A DNA stretch of 64,000 bases from positions 43,223 through 107,222 of the forward strand of contig JAZDDZ010000047.1 in NCBI GenBank assembly GCA_043809245.1. The letters are read 5' to 3'. Positions 9,846-19,182 of the stretch are shown here, one piece after another. Within the stretch, counting starts at the first letter, position 1. Every line of letters begins with the position of its first letter. Source of the DNA: Candidatus Iainarchaeum sp. (GTDB lineage: Archaea > Iainarchaeota > Iainarchaeia > Iainarchaeales > JAZDDZ01). The notes beneath the pieces were generated by a model. It made no database searches. It was not told the DNA's origin and saw nothing but the letters and a program-made list of their open reading frames with translations. Both the position numbers and the translations under genes were made by a program.

Positions 9846-9906
9846 AGTTCATCTCCACATAATTATGTGAACCACATAATATTTAAAAATATGCATTAGG
9901 CAGGAT

Positions 9907-10614
9907 TCATTCGAATTTTTTCAGCGCTTCAAGTATCTCGGAGACAGGCTTGGCGGTTATCAGCAAGGGGATTTTTTCCGCTTCAGCGATTTTAACCGCA
10001 ATCGGGTCAACGTTTTTGCTGATGCCGTGAAGCACGACTAACGCGGGCTTCATTTCCGTTGCAAACCTTCCCACTCTGACAGCAATCATTGGAGAGCGGC
10101 CTGTTTCCACTTTTTCAAAAATAAGCGCCCTGTTAGGCGTTTTGCCGTACAACTGCATGTATTCGTGCACCGGCACTTCAAGTATTACCTTTAATGAATC
10201 AATCAGCGTGAAGCCGTAAATCTTTGTTTCCTTTAACTTTCCTGAGTTCGCCACGACTTCCGCGCCGATTTTTTCAGCAAAAGCCTTTCCCTCCATCGCG
10301 GCTGAAAATTCATGCGTGTCGAATACATCCTGCCTTGGCTGGAAATTCTTTTCAAGCTGTTTTTTTATGCTGCCGCCTTTTTTTTCATCAATTGCAATCA
10401 GCGCGTCCACCAAGCGCTTTACAACTCCTATCCCCGGGCTTTTTCTTCTTCCGCCCTCGTAATCGGAAATCGTCGAACTCGAAACCTTCAAATAATCCGC
10501 CAAATCAGTCTGCTGTATTCCAAAGATTTCGCGCCATTTCTTCATTGATCCCCCCGGATCCTTGGATAAGGCGATTTCCCCAGCAATAGTCAACTCCAAT
10601 TGGTCCAACGTCAA
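9907..10614 (-). CDS. Archaeal XRE-HTH transcriptional regulator (COG1709-like)
   Basis: IAGEIALS.DPG.SMKKWREIF..ISDYEGGRRKSPG, GRSPMIAVRV. Confidence 0.85.
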   Translation of the reverse strand: MTLDQLELTIAGEIALSKDPGGSMKKWREIFGIQQTDLADYLKVSSSTISDYEGGRRKSPGIGVVKRLVDALIAIDEKKGGSIKKQLEKNFQPRQDVFDTHEFSAAMEGKAFAEKIGAEVVANSGKLKETKIYGFTLIDSLKVILEVPVHEYMQLYGKTPNRALIFEKVETGRSPMIAVRVGRFATEMKPALVVLHGISKNVDPIAVKIAEAEKIPLLITAKPVSEILEALKKFE

Positions 10615-10757
10615 TCACCGATGCATTAAACAATAAGCCTTTGGAGTTTAAATAGTTTTCGTTGATTGTCAAACAATTTTTTGGCCGTAATTTTCTCCTC
10701 GCATTTAATTTGTTTGCCATATATAGAGTTATAAATTTCTTGTTGAACAATAATATT

Positions 10758-11234
10758 ATGCGCTTGCCTAAGGAACCTGGACCCTGGCAATATACAGGAA
10801 AAAGAGGAATTGTTAAGGCCCATAAAAGCGATAAAAAATTAGCAATGAAAGCCGCTGCAAGGAAAACTGCGGAAAGGGAGAAATATCAGGCACATTTGAG
10901 TACAGGCACCTTGTCATACCCTGAGTTTGTTAAAAGGCGAAACAATTTTCAGAATTGTGTTGAGAACTCTCCTACTGCAGGGCGGCTGAAGAAAAGCATG
11001 CTTGAAAAGGGCATTGACCTTTCAAAGGTAGAGGCCGAAAACCCCAAAGTGTTTTCAGGGCTTTGGAGTCTTGTTAGTGAATTTAAATCTGCAGCTAAAG
11101 AAGGGCGCTGGACTACTGAATTAGAAAAAAAATTGAAAGAAGACGTAACCCCTAGATTGTATAAAGCTTACCTCCTTTATAGAAAAGCAGGTGTAAAAGA
11201 CAACAATGCGCTAGGCATTGAATGGTGGCTCTAA
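10758..11234 (+). CDS. Hypothetical protein with basic N-terminus
   Basis: Open frame from ATG 10758 after a TATA-like TTATAAA; no recognised motif. Confidence 0.55.
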   Translation: MRLPKEPGPWQYTGKRGIVKAHKSDKKLAMKAAARKTAEREKYQAHLSTGTLSYPEFVKRRNNFQNCVENSPTAGRLKKSMLEKGIDLSKVEAENPKVFSGLWSLVSEFKSAAKEGRWTTELEKKLKEDVTPRLYKAYLLYRKAGVKDNNALGIEWWL

Positions 11235-11252
11235 TTTTTCCAAAGAAAAAGT

Positions 11253-11362
11253 TGGCGGGCGGGGAGGGATTTGAACCCTCGACCTACAGCTTAGGAGGCT
11301 TGCAAGAAATGCAGAAAAAACTGTCACCTCATGTTGCCCTATCCAGGCTAGGCTACCCGCCC
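11253..11362 (-). tRNA. tRNA-Arg(CCT) with a 32-nt intron at 29/30 (11300..11331); CCA encoded
   Basis: GGGCGGG/CCCGCCC acceptor; ACA|GC-CTCCTAA-GCTGT anticodon arm; GAGGG-TTCAAAT-CCCTC. Strict bulge-helix-bulge (GCAA/TTGC helix, CA|T and AA|G bulges). Confidence 0.92.
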
Positions 11363-12288
11363 AGCAATTCAATCATCTTACGTGACCTTATTGCCTTATT
11401 GGGGTGGTAAAAATCTATGTTCTGCAAGAATTTAAAAAGCATCTCCTTATTTCTAATTCTTAGCTCGTAAGTATCAGATATACGGTCAGAAGAGGGGGAT
11501 TTTGCCACCCGCTTGTAAATTTTAAGGGTCTCGATGCCAAAGTTTAGAAGGGTCTCTTTAATTTCTTCTATAAACTTTTTATCCTTGAAAGTGAGATCTA
11601 TGAAAAGCTGCTTGGCTTTTTTTGGATTTTTTGGTAAAGTTCCATCAGAATCAAATAAACCGGCTAAGTAATATTTTAGGACTGATTTATCATTTTTAAT
11701 TAGGCCCGGAATCCTAAGATTTTCTTTTACTCCCCGATTTATCCCGAATATATTATGCAAAAAAGAATTCACAACAATGCTCCTTAGCGGGAGACAAGGG
11801 ATAAATCTTTTAGATAATGTCGATTTAACGCTTATTATTTTCCCCGATAAACCAAAAAGATATTCTGAAATGGAATTAACTTTTTCCAACTGTTCCTTGT
11901 ATTCATCAGAAAAAATAACCCGCTTTCTATCAGAAGTTAAACAACCAGCCCCTTGCAAATACCCGATGAAATACGCTAAATTCGGATCAAGTTGTTTAGG
12001 CAGGTGCACCTTCTTATTTTTTCCCGTAAATTCAACATTATCCAAAGCATAAACTTTAGAAAAAATCGATGAATCAATATTTTTAGCAAATGATTTAAGC
12101 ACTCTGATTGAACAACAAGGTTTTGTTGTCAAATGCCTATGGTAATAGCCTTTTGAAATGTTTAGGAGATCAGCTGCTTGTCTACAAGTTAGACCCGAAT
12201 TCATATGGCTTTCCTTTAGAATTTTAGCAATGCCGAAAATCATCACATTACTGTCAAGTTCTTCATAGTAATCTAGAAGTTTAGCCAT
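11353..12288 (-). CDS. Free-standing HTH + LAGLIDADG homing endonuclease; stop codon inside tRNA-Arg
   Basis: N-terminal HTH; LAYFIGYLQGAG and YLAGLFDSDG; ends GGC GGG TAG, which is tRNA nt 2-10. Confidence 0.85.
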   Translation of the reverse strand: MAKLLDYYEELDSNVMIFGIAKILKESHMNSGLTCRQAADLLNISKGYYHRHLTTKPCCSIRVLKSFAKNIDSSIFSKVYALDNVEFTGKNKKVHLPKQLDPNLAYFIGYLQGAGCLTSDRKRVIFSDEYKEQLEKVNSISEYLFGLSGKIISVKSTLSKRFIPCLPLRSIVVNSFLHNIFGINRGVKENLRIPGLIKNDKSVLKYYLAGLFDSDGTLPKNPKKAKQLFIDLTFKDKKFIEEIKETLLNFGIETLKIYKRVAKSPSSDRISDTYELRIRNKEMLFKFLQNIDFYHPNKAIRSRKMIELLGG

Positions 12289-12361
12289 AAAAAAAGTTAA
12301 ATTTTAGAGTATATATTAGTTTCTGGACCTCATTTCCTCTGCCAGCCAAAGGTGCAACCAT

Positions 12362-12925
12362 CTAAATTAAAATTGTTAACGCTGCAGCGCAGACAAGGGG
12401 AATCATGAGGTTGTCGTCAACAGGCAAGTATTCTGCGAGCATTCCGATTACTGCAACAATTATCGCGGCGCTTAATGGAAATAGCTGCGCCAAGAGCGCG
12501 GCTGAAACGATTATTCCCGCGATTGTCCCCTCAAGCGTGTAAGGCGCAACTGTTTTGATTCTCCCAATTGCCTTTCCTGCAATTGTGGAAATGGTGTCGC
12601 CGTAAACAGAAACCAATAGCGCGCCGAAAACGATTTCCTGCCCTGGAAAAAGAAAGACAAGCAGGAAAAAACCAAGCAAAAAGTACAGCGCGCCGTAGCC
12701 CGGAAAATGCTTTTCCTTTTCCCTGCCGAATTTTTGCACAAAAAAATTTATTGCAGGAATATTCGCGCCCCTTTTCACAAACCACGAGATAATTATTCCT
12801 GTGAGGAAAATCGCGGCAACAGCCAAAAGAAGCAATTGCCTTTCAATGAAAGCCGCGGCCAGAAGAAAAATTGTGCCAAGCACCGCGTGGAACAGCTTGC
12901 GTTTTGTTTCCCTCATTAAAGTCAT
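12362..12925 (-). CDS. Dolichol/phytol kinase-like (CTP-transferase family) membrane protein
   Basis: RKLFH, GDTISTIAGKAIG, TLEG, DDNLMIP. Confidence 0.8.
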   Translation of the reverse strand: MTLMRETKRKLFHAVLGTIFLLAAAFIERQLLLLAVAAIFLTGIIISWFVKRGANIPAINFFVQKFGREKEKHFPGYGALYFLLGFFLLVFLFPGQEIVFGALLVSVYGDTISTIAGKAIGRIKTVAPYTLEGTIAGIIVSAALLAQLFPLSAAIIVAVIGMLAEYLPVDDNLMIPLVCAAALTILI

Positions 12926-13656
12926 CGCGTTCTGCCCCTAATGAAATTAATTGCTTCACTTAAGCTTTTTTTATTGCTGTAAGAGCGCACTATTTTTTTC
13001 AAGGAAGTTGTTTTCTTGCCTTTGAGTTTTTTTGCCTCTTTCTCCAGCAATGGAATGCATCTAACAACATTGTCAACGATTGAAATGTCTGCCTTCTGCG
13101 CTGTCCTGCTGAAAGGGTTTAAGTCAACGGCAACAACTTTTTTCCCGTTTTTGCGGAGCGCTTCCGTTCTATCCCCGTCCTCAAGCATCACAAGCACGCA
13201 GTCAGCGCTCCAGATTCCATTTGAGCTGACGAAAGCGCGCTTTGATTCAAGGAAAGCAAGTTTTTTGCCAGGATTAACGCCAAGGATTTTTGCGCCGAAC
13301 TTGGAGAATTCCTTTGCAATAAGCAACTCTCTTTTTCTGCTGCGGTAGAAAAGATTCACTTCAATTTTTGCGCCAAGCGTTTTGGCGAGCGAAACAATTT
13401 CTTTTGCGCACAACGCGGTTGTGTTTCCGTTAACAGAGATTACGGGTTTTTCCGCGAGCAGCAACTGCGCAGCTGCAGCAGAAATTGCTTTTTTTGCAAA
13501 CTTCTGCGTTTTTTCCCCTAAAAGATAATCAAATGCCTCGCCCCTCCCCTGTGCAATCATTCCCGCGTGCGCGGCAATCCCTTTTTTTGCGGCCTCTTCA
13601 ATGAGGTGCCTTTGCATTAGCGAATTAAAGCGGGGATGCGATTTCGGCGGCTTCAT
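12922..13656 (-). CDS. pps: Phosphopantothenate synthetase (archaeal PPS)
   Basis: SHPR..SL..R, IAQGRGEAFDYLLGE, ISVNGN, LEDGDRTEAL, DLNPFSRTA. Confidence 0.92.
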   Translation of the reverse strand: MKPPKSHPRFNSLMQRHLIEEAAKKGIAAHAGMIAQGRGEAFDYLLGEKTQKFAKKAISAAAAQLLLAEKPVISVNGNTTALCAKEIVSLAKTLGAKIEVNLFYRSRKRELLIAKEFSKFGAKILGVNPGKKLAFLESKRAFVSSNGIWSADCVLVMLEDGDRTEALRKNGKKVVAVDLNPFSRTAQKADISIVDNVVRCIPLLEKEAKKLKGKKTTSLKKIVRSYSNKKSLSEAINFIRGRTR

Positions 13657-14507
13657 TGTTCGTGCGCCCCCTTTTCTGCAATGCGTGAAACAAGCGTGCT
13701 TTTAGTGAATTTTTTCAGCTGCGCTTCAATTTTTTCCGGTTCACTTGTTGGAACAAAAACTGTTTCCCCGAGCATTGCCATTGAAGCCGGGGGAATTTCC
13801 TCCATCACTTTGCGCACGTTTTCCGATGCAAGGCCTGTTTCAACTGAAAAAACGCGTGAAAGGTGGATGAATTCCTTGATTGAAGGCAATAATGATATTT
13901 GTTTCATGCAGTAATCCCCTGAACGGTTGATTTTTTCCATCCAGCTTTTGTCCTTGATTATTTTTTTGGTTTTCATTGCGGAAAAAAAACCGCAAACCAC
14001 GAATTCTTCTTCGCATTTAATTTCCTTCACTTTCTCTGAAGGATATGGCTGCAGGCCATACATCACGCCCTTAAACTGCTGTGCAATCACATCCCCCAAG
14101 CCTGTTCCTGCCTCTATTTCAGCTTGTTTTGCGAGCTCCATGCATTCCTTTAAGGAAAGCCTTGCGCCGAGCGCCTTGTTCAACGCAAGCGTAAGGGAAA
14201 ATGCGCCTGCTCCGCTTGCACCCAAGCCAAAGCCGATTGGCACTTTTGATTCAAAATTGCATTCAAGCGCGAATTTTTTGCCTGAAATTTTGGATAATTT
14301 TTCCGCTGCAATGCGGGAAGTCGAAGCGTTGAATCTTTCGCCGTTTAGGAAGAAATGCATTGAGTTTTTTTCGGCTTCCCTAACCTCCACTTCTGCCTTC
14401 ACGCCTTCGCTTAGATTGATTCCCGCGCCAGTGCTTCCATTGGAATAAATTTTAAAGAAGCAGGTTATGTGTGAGGGCGCATAAGCGCTTGCAGTTGATT
14501 TATGCAT
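13653..14507 (-). CDS. pok: Pantoate kinase (GHMP family)
   Basis: APSHITCFF, GSTGAG, PIGFGLGASGA, GTGLGDV, SMAMLGETVF. Confidence 0.9.
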   Translation of the reverse strand: MHKSTASAYAPSHITCFFKIYSNGSTGAGINLSEGVKAEVEVREAEKNSMHFFLNGERFNASTSRIAAEKLSKISGKKFALECNFESKVPIGFGLGASGAGAFSLTLALNKALGARLSLKECMELAKQAEIEAGTGLGDVIAQQFKGVMYGLQPYPSEKVKEIKCEEEFVVCGFFSAMKTKKIIKDKSWMEKINRSGDYCMKQISLLPSIKEFIHLSRVFSVETGLASENVRKVMEEIPPASMAMLGETVFVPTSEPEKIEAQLKKFTKSTLVSRIAEKGAHEQ

Positions 14508-14584
14508 TAATTTCACAAAAGAATTTTTATGCGAATGATTAATAAGGAAAAACGCTGTTAAGTTTTAGGGAAAAGAGACTTTCT

Positions 14585-14686
14585 ATGCATGGTCAGGAAC
14601 TGATAGAAACAAGTCACCGTTTTCTTAAAGAAATAACTTCGAGCATCAAAGACATCAAATCAGGGAGAGTTAGAAGGATCCGCTGA
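14585..14686 (+). CDS. 33-aa antitoxin-tail-like micro-ORF or remnant
   Basis: Manual translation: MHGQELIETSHRFLKEITSSIKDIKSGRVRRIR. Confidence 0.4.
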   Translation: MHGQELIETSHRFLKEITSSIKDIKSGRVRRIR

Positions 14687-14697
14687 TTTTTCCTTTT

Positions 14698-15369
14698 TCA
14701 CTTCCTTTTGCATAAAACCATTGCATGCTCTGTGTCAAAGGGTTCAAGGGAAACGGGCTGGATTATTTCAAATTCTTTCTCCAGCAGTTTAATCTCTTTT
14801 TCAACGACTTTTTGCGCTTTTTCGGTTTGGCTGATTGAGCGCACCTTAATGACCAAGAGGCCATGGCCTTCGCCTTTGAGGTACATGCGCGCGTTTTTCA
14901 GAAAAATCTGCGCCTGGTTTTTCTGGCTGACATCCTGGTACAATAAATCAACTTTTGTTCCGGAAAGGTCTTTCAAATAGCTTTGCGGCTGCTCTGCATC
15001 GCCTAAAATCGGCGCAATGTTTTTCCTGTGCTCGCACAGCCACAAAAATTTCCTCATGACCCTCTCGCTTATATCAACGCCGAAGATGACTCCTTCCTCT
15101 CCAATGATATCAGATAGGTGTGAAATAGTCGTTCCCTCTGCGCTTCCAAGGTAAAGGATGTGCGCGCCTTTTTTCACAGGCATTTCCTTTAAGCCTTTTT
15201 TTATCGCTGCAGCAAGCTTTGACCTTTCAGGCATCCACTGCCTGAACTCCTCTCCTTTTGATTCAAGCAATTGTTCGCCGTAAACTTTTACGCCTTTGCA
15301 GAGGTTTTTGGTAAATAAAAGCTGCCCAAACCCGTAGATTCCTGGAAACAATTCCTTCATTTCAGCCAT
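14698..15369 (-). CDS. flpA: Fibrillarin-like rRNA/tRNA 2'-O-methyltransferase
   Basis: VYGE, RSKLAAAI, LYLGSAEGTTISHLSDI, YQDVSQ, LEPF. Confidence 0.95.
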   Translation of the reverse strand: MAEMKELFPGIYGFGQLLFTKNLCKGVKVYGEQLLESKGEEFRQWMPERSKLAAAIKKGLKEMPVKKGAHILYLGSAEGTTISHLSDIIGEEGVIFGVDISERVMRKFLWLCEHRKNIAPILGDAEQPQSYLKDLSGTKVDLLYQDVSQKNQAQIFLKNARMYLKGEGHGLLVIKVRSISQTEKAQKVVEKEIKLLEKEFEIIQPVSLEPFDTEHAMVLCKRK

Positions 15370-15391
15370 AAAGAATCAAAAGCAATTTTTT

Positions 15392-16195
15392 TCATTTAAG
15401 GGAAGCCGCTCTTTGCTCAAGGCCTTTTCTTAATTTTTCACCCAGGGTTTTTTCTCCGCCAAAATAATCCGCCTTAACGGCTATTGCGAGCTTTGCTGCA
15501 AGCGACCTCGCAATTTTTCCCCTTGCATTTCGGTTAACGCTTTGCACTAAAGTGTTCTGGAACAAATAACCGTGCTTTGGCGGCTTTCCTTTTTTCTTAA
15601 GGTGCTGGAACAATGCTTTTTCCGCCCCCAAAACCTGCAGAGTGGAGGAAGGCATGAGCATTAATTTTTTCTTTGAGCCTGCTTTTGCTAAAAGCCTTGC
15701 GCCAACAAGCGCCCCAGCAAGCGCTGTGAAGTTTGGCAATTCCTCGTTCATTGATTTTTCAATGAATTTGAACAAAAACATCCTTTCCTCCTTTAGGTTC
15801 AATGCATTTAATGCAAGCAGCTTTATTTCAGCAAGGTCTGTTTCCTCTATTTCAGAGCCGATTGAGTTTTGGGCTGCCTTGATTATTTTTGCCGCTGCCT
15901 CTTTTTGCGGGTAAATTTCAATGATGCTTTTTTCAGAAAAGTTTTTCCTCTGCCCCAAATTGTAAACCAGCTTAAGGTATGCCTCCGGGTCCCTGACAGC
16001 GGAATCAAGCTCAGGGAAATGGTAGGCATACCATTCATGCAAATGCTCGCTTAAGAGGTTGAATACCGCGTCAAGGTCCTGCAAGGCGTTCACTGCGCGG
16101 ATTATGTGCGCTTCCCTTCCGCTGTATTTTTCCTTGACCTTTTCCTTCACGGAATGCATCATTTTTTTGCGCAAAGCGTCAATGTTTGAGTTCAT
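15392..16195 (-). CDS. nop5: Nop5 (Nop56/58) C/D RNP protein, N-terminally short
   Basis: EWYAYHFPEL, PSSTLQVLGAEKALF, PPKHG, RGKIARSLAAKLAIA. Confidence 0.92.
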   Translation of the reverse strand: MNSNIDALRKKMMHSVKEKVKEKYSGREAHIIRAVNALQDLDAVFNLLSEHLHEWYAYHFPELDSAVRDPEAYLKLVYNLGQRKNFSEKSIIEIYPQKEAAAKIIKAAQNSIGSEIEETDLAEIKLLALNALNLKEERMFLFKFIEKSMNEELPNFTALAGALVGARLLAKAGSKKKLMLMPSSTLQVLGAEKALFQHLKKKGKPPKHGYLFQNTLVQSVNRNARGKIARSLAAKLAIAVKADYFGGEKTLGEKLRKGLEQRAASLK

Positions 16196-16270
16196 TTGAG
16201 CACCAAGAGATTTAAGCCATTGAATGATTAAAAAGCTTTGCTGTAACTGCCATTAAAAAACAGCTAACCA

Positions 16271-18196
16271 CTAGAACAATGGCTTTGAATCGGCTTTTTT
16301 TCCGATTGGTTCCAATGGCAGCGTGAAATAAAAAGTTGAGCCTTTTCCTTTAACGCTTTCCACCCAAATTTTTCCGCCGAGTGCGTCAATGATTCCCTTT
16401 GATATTGCTAAACCCAATCCAACTCCGCCGTGTTCCCTGCTCATTGCCTTTTCCTCCTGAAAGAAGGGATTGAATATTTTAGGCAGGTTTTCTTTTTCTA
16501 TTCCCGCCCCCGAGTCCTTGACGCTGAAGAGAATGTCTTTTTCCCTCAGCGCGGATTTCACTGTTACTGCGGAGTTGTTAGGTGAAAACTTTACCGCATT
16601 GTTCAGCAGGTTGTTCAGCACCTGCATTGTTCGCATGGAATCAGTTTCAATTTCAGGCAAATCAGCGAGTTCTGTTGCTATTTTTATTTTTTTTTCGGGA
16701 AGAAAGTGTTTTTCCTCCTCTATTAGCTCAACTATAAGTGGATTCAGTTTTGTTTTCCTGAAATCAAATTTAACCCTTCCTGCTTCAATCATGGATACGT
16801 CAAGGAAATCCGCGACTATGCGGTCAAGCTTGTTTGTGTTCCTCAGTATTATTTCAAGCGATTCCCTTTGCTTTCCACTGATTTTGCCGTAATAATCCCC
16901 TAAAAGAAGCTGTAGCTGGCCTTTTATTGGCGTCATTGGGCTTCTCAGCTCGTGGCTGCTTATGGATAGGAGGCTTGTTTTTGCGCTTTCAACTTCCTTT
17001 CGCTCCCTTTCCATTGCGCCCAATGCATCCATTGCATTGTTGAATGTTTTTCCCAGCTGCTCCAGTTCGTCGTTGGTTTTTATTTCAACCCTTGTGTCCA
17101 GGTTGCCTTTCTCCAGTTCTTTTGTCGCGGAGTAAAGCCTCCTTATAGGCTCTGATATTGTGCTGGAAATGTAGATTCCTGCGAAAATTGCAAACCCAAA
17201 TGCAGCTATAACCACAAGCATAATTCTCCTCTGCAGTGCCTGGGCGTTGGTGTTCACTTCATCCAGCTCTTGGTTTAGCCTCTCGGTTTCAAGGGATGAA
17301 ATCTCTATCGCGGCAAGCCTCAGGTTTCTTGAGCTTTCAAACCATTGCCTGGTTAATTCAGCGTGCCCTTCAAGCTTGAATGTTTCGGGGTTTTGTTCAC
17401 GCAAGGAAACCAATTCGTTTGCAAGTTCAAGCACCTTAGGCGAACCTGATTTTATTGACTCTAATTCCTGTTTTTCCGCTGCAGTAACATTTTCATCCCT
17501 GAAATGCCAGTCAAGCAACGCGATTTTTCCAAGGAATGAATCATAGTTTTCGAAAAACAATTTTTTGTCGGAATCGCTGCCAAGGGCAAGGTATGCCAGC
17601 AGGCTGCTTTCGGATTTTTTTGCATATCTCTGCGCCTCGGTTGCTTCCTCAATTATTCCATGGGTTGTAAGCGCGGTGGCGTTTTCCATCATTGCGTCTG
17701 TTGTTTCAAGCAATTCCTTGGTTAGGCTTTCCTGGGATGCAAGGCTGAAATTTTCAGGGTCGCTGTCATGCAATTCCAGCAGATTGTTTGCCAGTGCAAG
17801 GATTTTGCCTGAACCTGCATTTAATTGCTCTAATTGCAGCCCGCAGCACCCTGTGGGGCCCAGGGTTTCCTCAAGCGTTTTTATTTGGCTGGCAAGCGAT
17901 GCGTATCTTTCAAAAAAAATATTCTTGTCGTTCTCGTCGTTCAAGGCAAGGTAAAGCAGCAGCCTTCCTTCCGCGCGTTTTGCGTAAACGCTTACTTCAA
18001 GCGCTGCAACCTGGTCTTCGCTTAGCTTGCCGCTGACTTTTTCGTAAGAGGACGCGATCTGCTGGCTGGCGTAAAAGCCAAAGGACCCCACAATCGCCAC
18101 AAACAATGCGGTTGCAATGAAGCCTATGATGAGTTTTCTGCCTATTGTCCCAAGAAAAACCTGCCTTTCCCCTGCAATTCGGGTTTGCTTTTTCAT
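16271..18196 (-). CDS. Membrane sensor histidine kinase (HAMP-HisKA-HATPase)
   Basis: Two TM segments, HAMP, SHELRSP, NLLNNAVKF, DSGAGI, GVGLGL, GKGSTFYF. Confidence 0.95.
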   Translation of the reverse strand: MKKQTRIAGERQVFLGTIGRKLIIGFIATALFVAIVGSFGFYASQQIASSYEKVSGKLSEDQVAALEVSVYAKRAEGRLLLYLALNDENDKNIFFERYASLASQIKTLEETLGPTGCCGLQLEQLNAGSGKILALANNLLELHDSDPENFSLASQESLTKELLETTDAMMENATALTTHGIIEEATEAQRYAKKSESSLLAYLALGSDSDKKLFFENYDSFLGKIALLDWHFRDENVTAAEKQELESIKSGSPKVLELANELVSLREQNPETFKLEGHAELTRQWFESSRNLRLAAIEISSLETERLNQELDEVNTNAQALQRRIMLVVIAAFGFAIFAGIYISSTISEPIRRLYSATKELEKGNLDTRVEIKTNDELEQLGKTFNNAMDALGAMERERKEVESAKTSLLSISSHELRSPMTPIKGQLQLLLGDYYGKISGKQRESLEIILRNTNKLDRIVADFLDVSMIEAGRVKFDFRKTKLNPLIVELIEEEKHFLPEKKIKIATELADLPEIETDSMRTMQVLNNLLNNAVKFSPNNSAVTVKSALREKDILFSVKDSGAGIEKENLPKIFNPFFQEEKAMSREHGGVGLGLAISKGIIDALGGKIWVESVKGKGSTFYFTLPLEPIGKKADSKPLF

Positions 18197-18202
18197 CTGG
18201 CA

Positions 18203-18733
18203 TTACCTGCTAAGGTCAATGGCTCTGTCCACAAACATCACGGATTCCTGTATCGCTGTTTGTTTTTCCTTTGAGGCAAGGGCATAAAACAGCCCGTGCT
18301 TGTTTTTTTCCTTTACTTTCGCGGCAAGCCCTGAGAAGAATTTCAATACTTCCTGTTCGTTGTTGTAAATCAGCAGGTTTGTGAAAGAGTCAAGGACAAC
18401 AAAATCGTAATTTTCATCCAATAGCTTTGAAAGGAATATCATTACCTGTGTCATTCCGTTTCTTGAGTCCAGGAAATGGCAGTTTTCAATTTTATCCGCA
18501 GGCGGATTGGAAATGGATTTGGTAATGCCGTCAATGAAGAGGAACTTGCTGTAATCAACTTTTTTCCTGTCGAATATCTCTTTGAGTGACGAAAAGGTTT
18601 TGTTGAGTGATATGTAGATTACCCCTTTGCCTGAGAGCTGGCGTGCAAAATCAACCACCATTTCATTGTACTCCATTGGGGGAAGTATAATGAGAATTGT
18701 CTTGTAATCGTCTAGTTCTGCTTTTAGTTCCAT
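18203..18733 (-). CDS. Degenerate RecA/KaiC-fold accessory protein (DUF835-like)
   Basis: VIYISLNK, FLFIDGIT, VVLDSFTNLLIYN; no Walker A; lies between RR and HK. Confidence 0.65.
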   Translation of the reverse strand: MELKAELDDYKTILIILPPMEYNEMVVDFARQLSGKGVIYISLNKTFSSLKEIFDRKKVDYSKFLFIDGITKSISNPPADKIENCHFLDSRNGMTQVMIFLSKLLDENYDFVVLDSFTNLLIYNNEQEVLKFFSGLAAKVKEKNKHGLFYALASKEKQTAIQESVMFVDRAIDLSR

Positions 18734-18734
18734 G

Positions 18735-19091
18735 TCAGCCACCAACGATTTTCCTGACTCTTTTAACCAAGTCGTTTATGTCAAATGGCTTTTGAATGAA
18801 GTCCACCACGTTTTTTTGCTTTAAGAGGTCGGCTTTCTCGGCTTCGCTTGCCCTTACAACGCTCAGGAAAGCAATCTTTATGTTCTGGACTTTTTCAACG
18901 ACTTTTTTTACCGGCATCCCGGGCATCATTATGTCCAAGAGAATCAGGTCAATTTTTCCCGTTCCCATTTTTCCAATGAAGTCATCGCCGTTTATCGCTG
19001 TAAGCACTTTGTAGCCGTTCTTTGACAGCACGGTTTTGACTGTTTCCCTTACATCCTCTTCGTCATCCACAACCATTATTGTTTTAGCCAT
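18735..19091 (-). CDS. Single-domain response regulator
   Basis: IMVVDDE, LILLDIMMPG, FIQKPF. Confidence 0.95.
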   Translation of the reverse strand: MAKTIMVVDDEEDVRETVKTVLSKNGYKVLTAINGDDFIGKMGTGKIDLILLDIMMPGMPVKKVVEKVQNIKIAFLSVVRASEAEKADLLKQKNVVDFIQKPFDINDLVKRVRKIVGG

Positions 19092-19182
19092 TTTACCCCT
19101 CTGAAAAAAATTAAACTTTTAGATATGGTATGGAAGAATTGTTTATAAACACTATCAAAACCAGTTAGTTAAGTGAAAAGGA

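Noticed and set aside
12339-12348. TGGCTGGCAG as a displaced copy of the tRNA-Arg 5' end (GGGCGGGTAG)
   Set aside because: 7/10 match, too short, and overlaps the shared motif.
14530-14690. C/D box sRNA next to fibrillarin/Nop5
   Set aside because: CTGA is present but no convincing RUGAUGA box C at proper spacing.
17474-17484. GCAGCGGAA-like matches inside genes (also near 14301, 26118, 27035, 63013)
   Set aside because: Explained by codons such as Ala-Ala-Glu; no TATA spacing or extended similarity.
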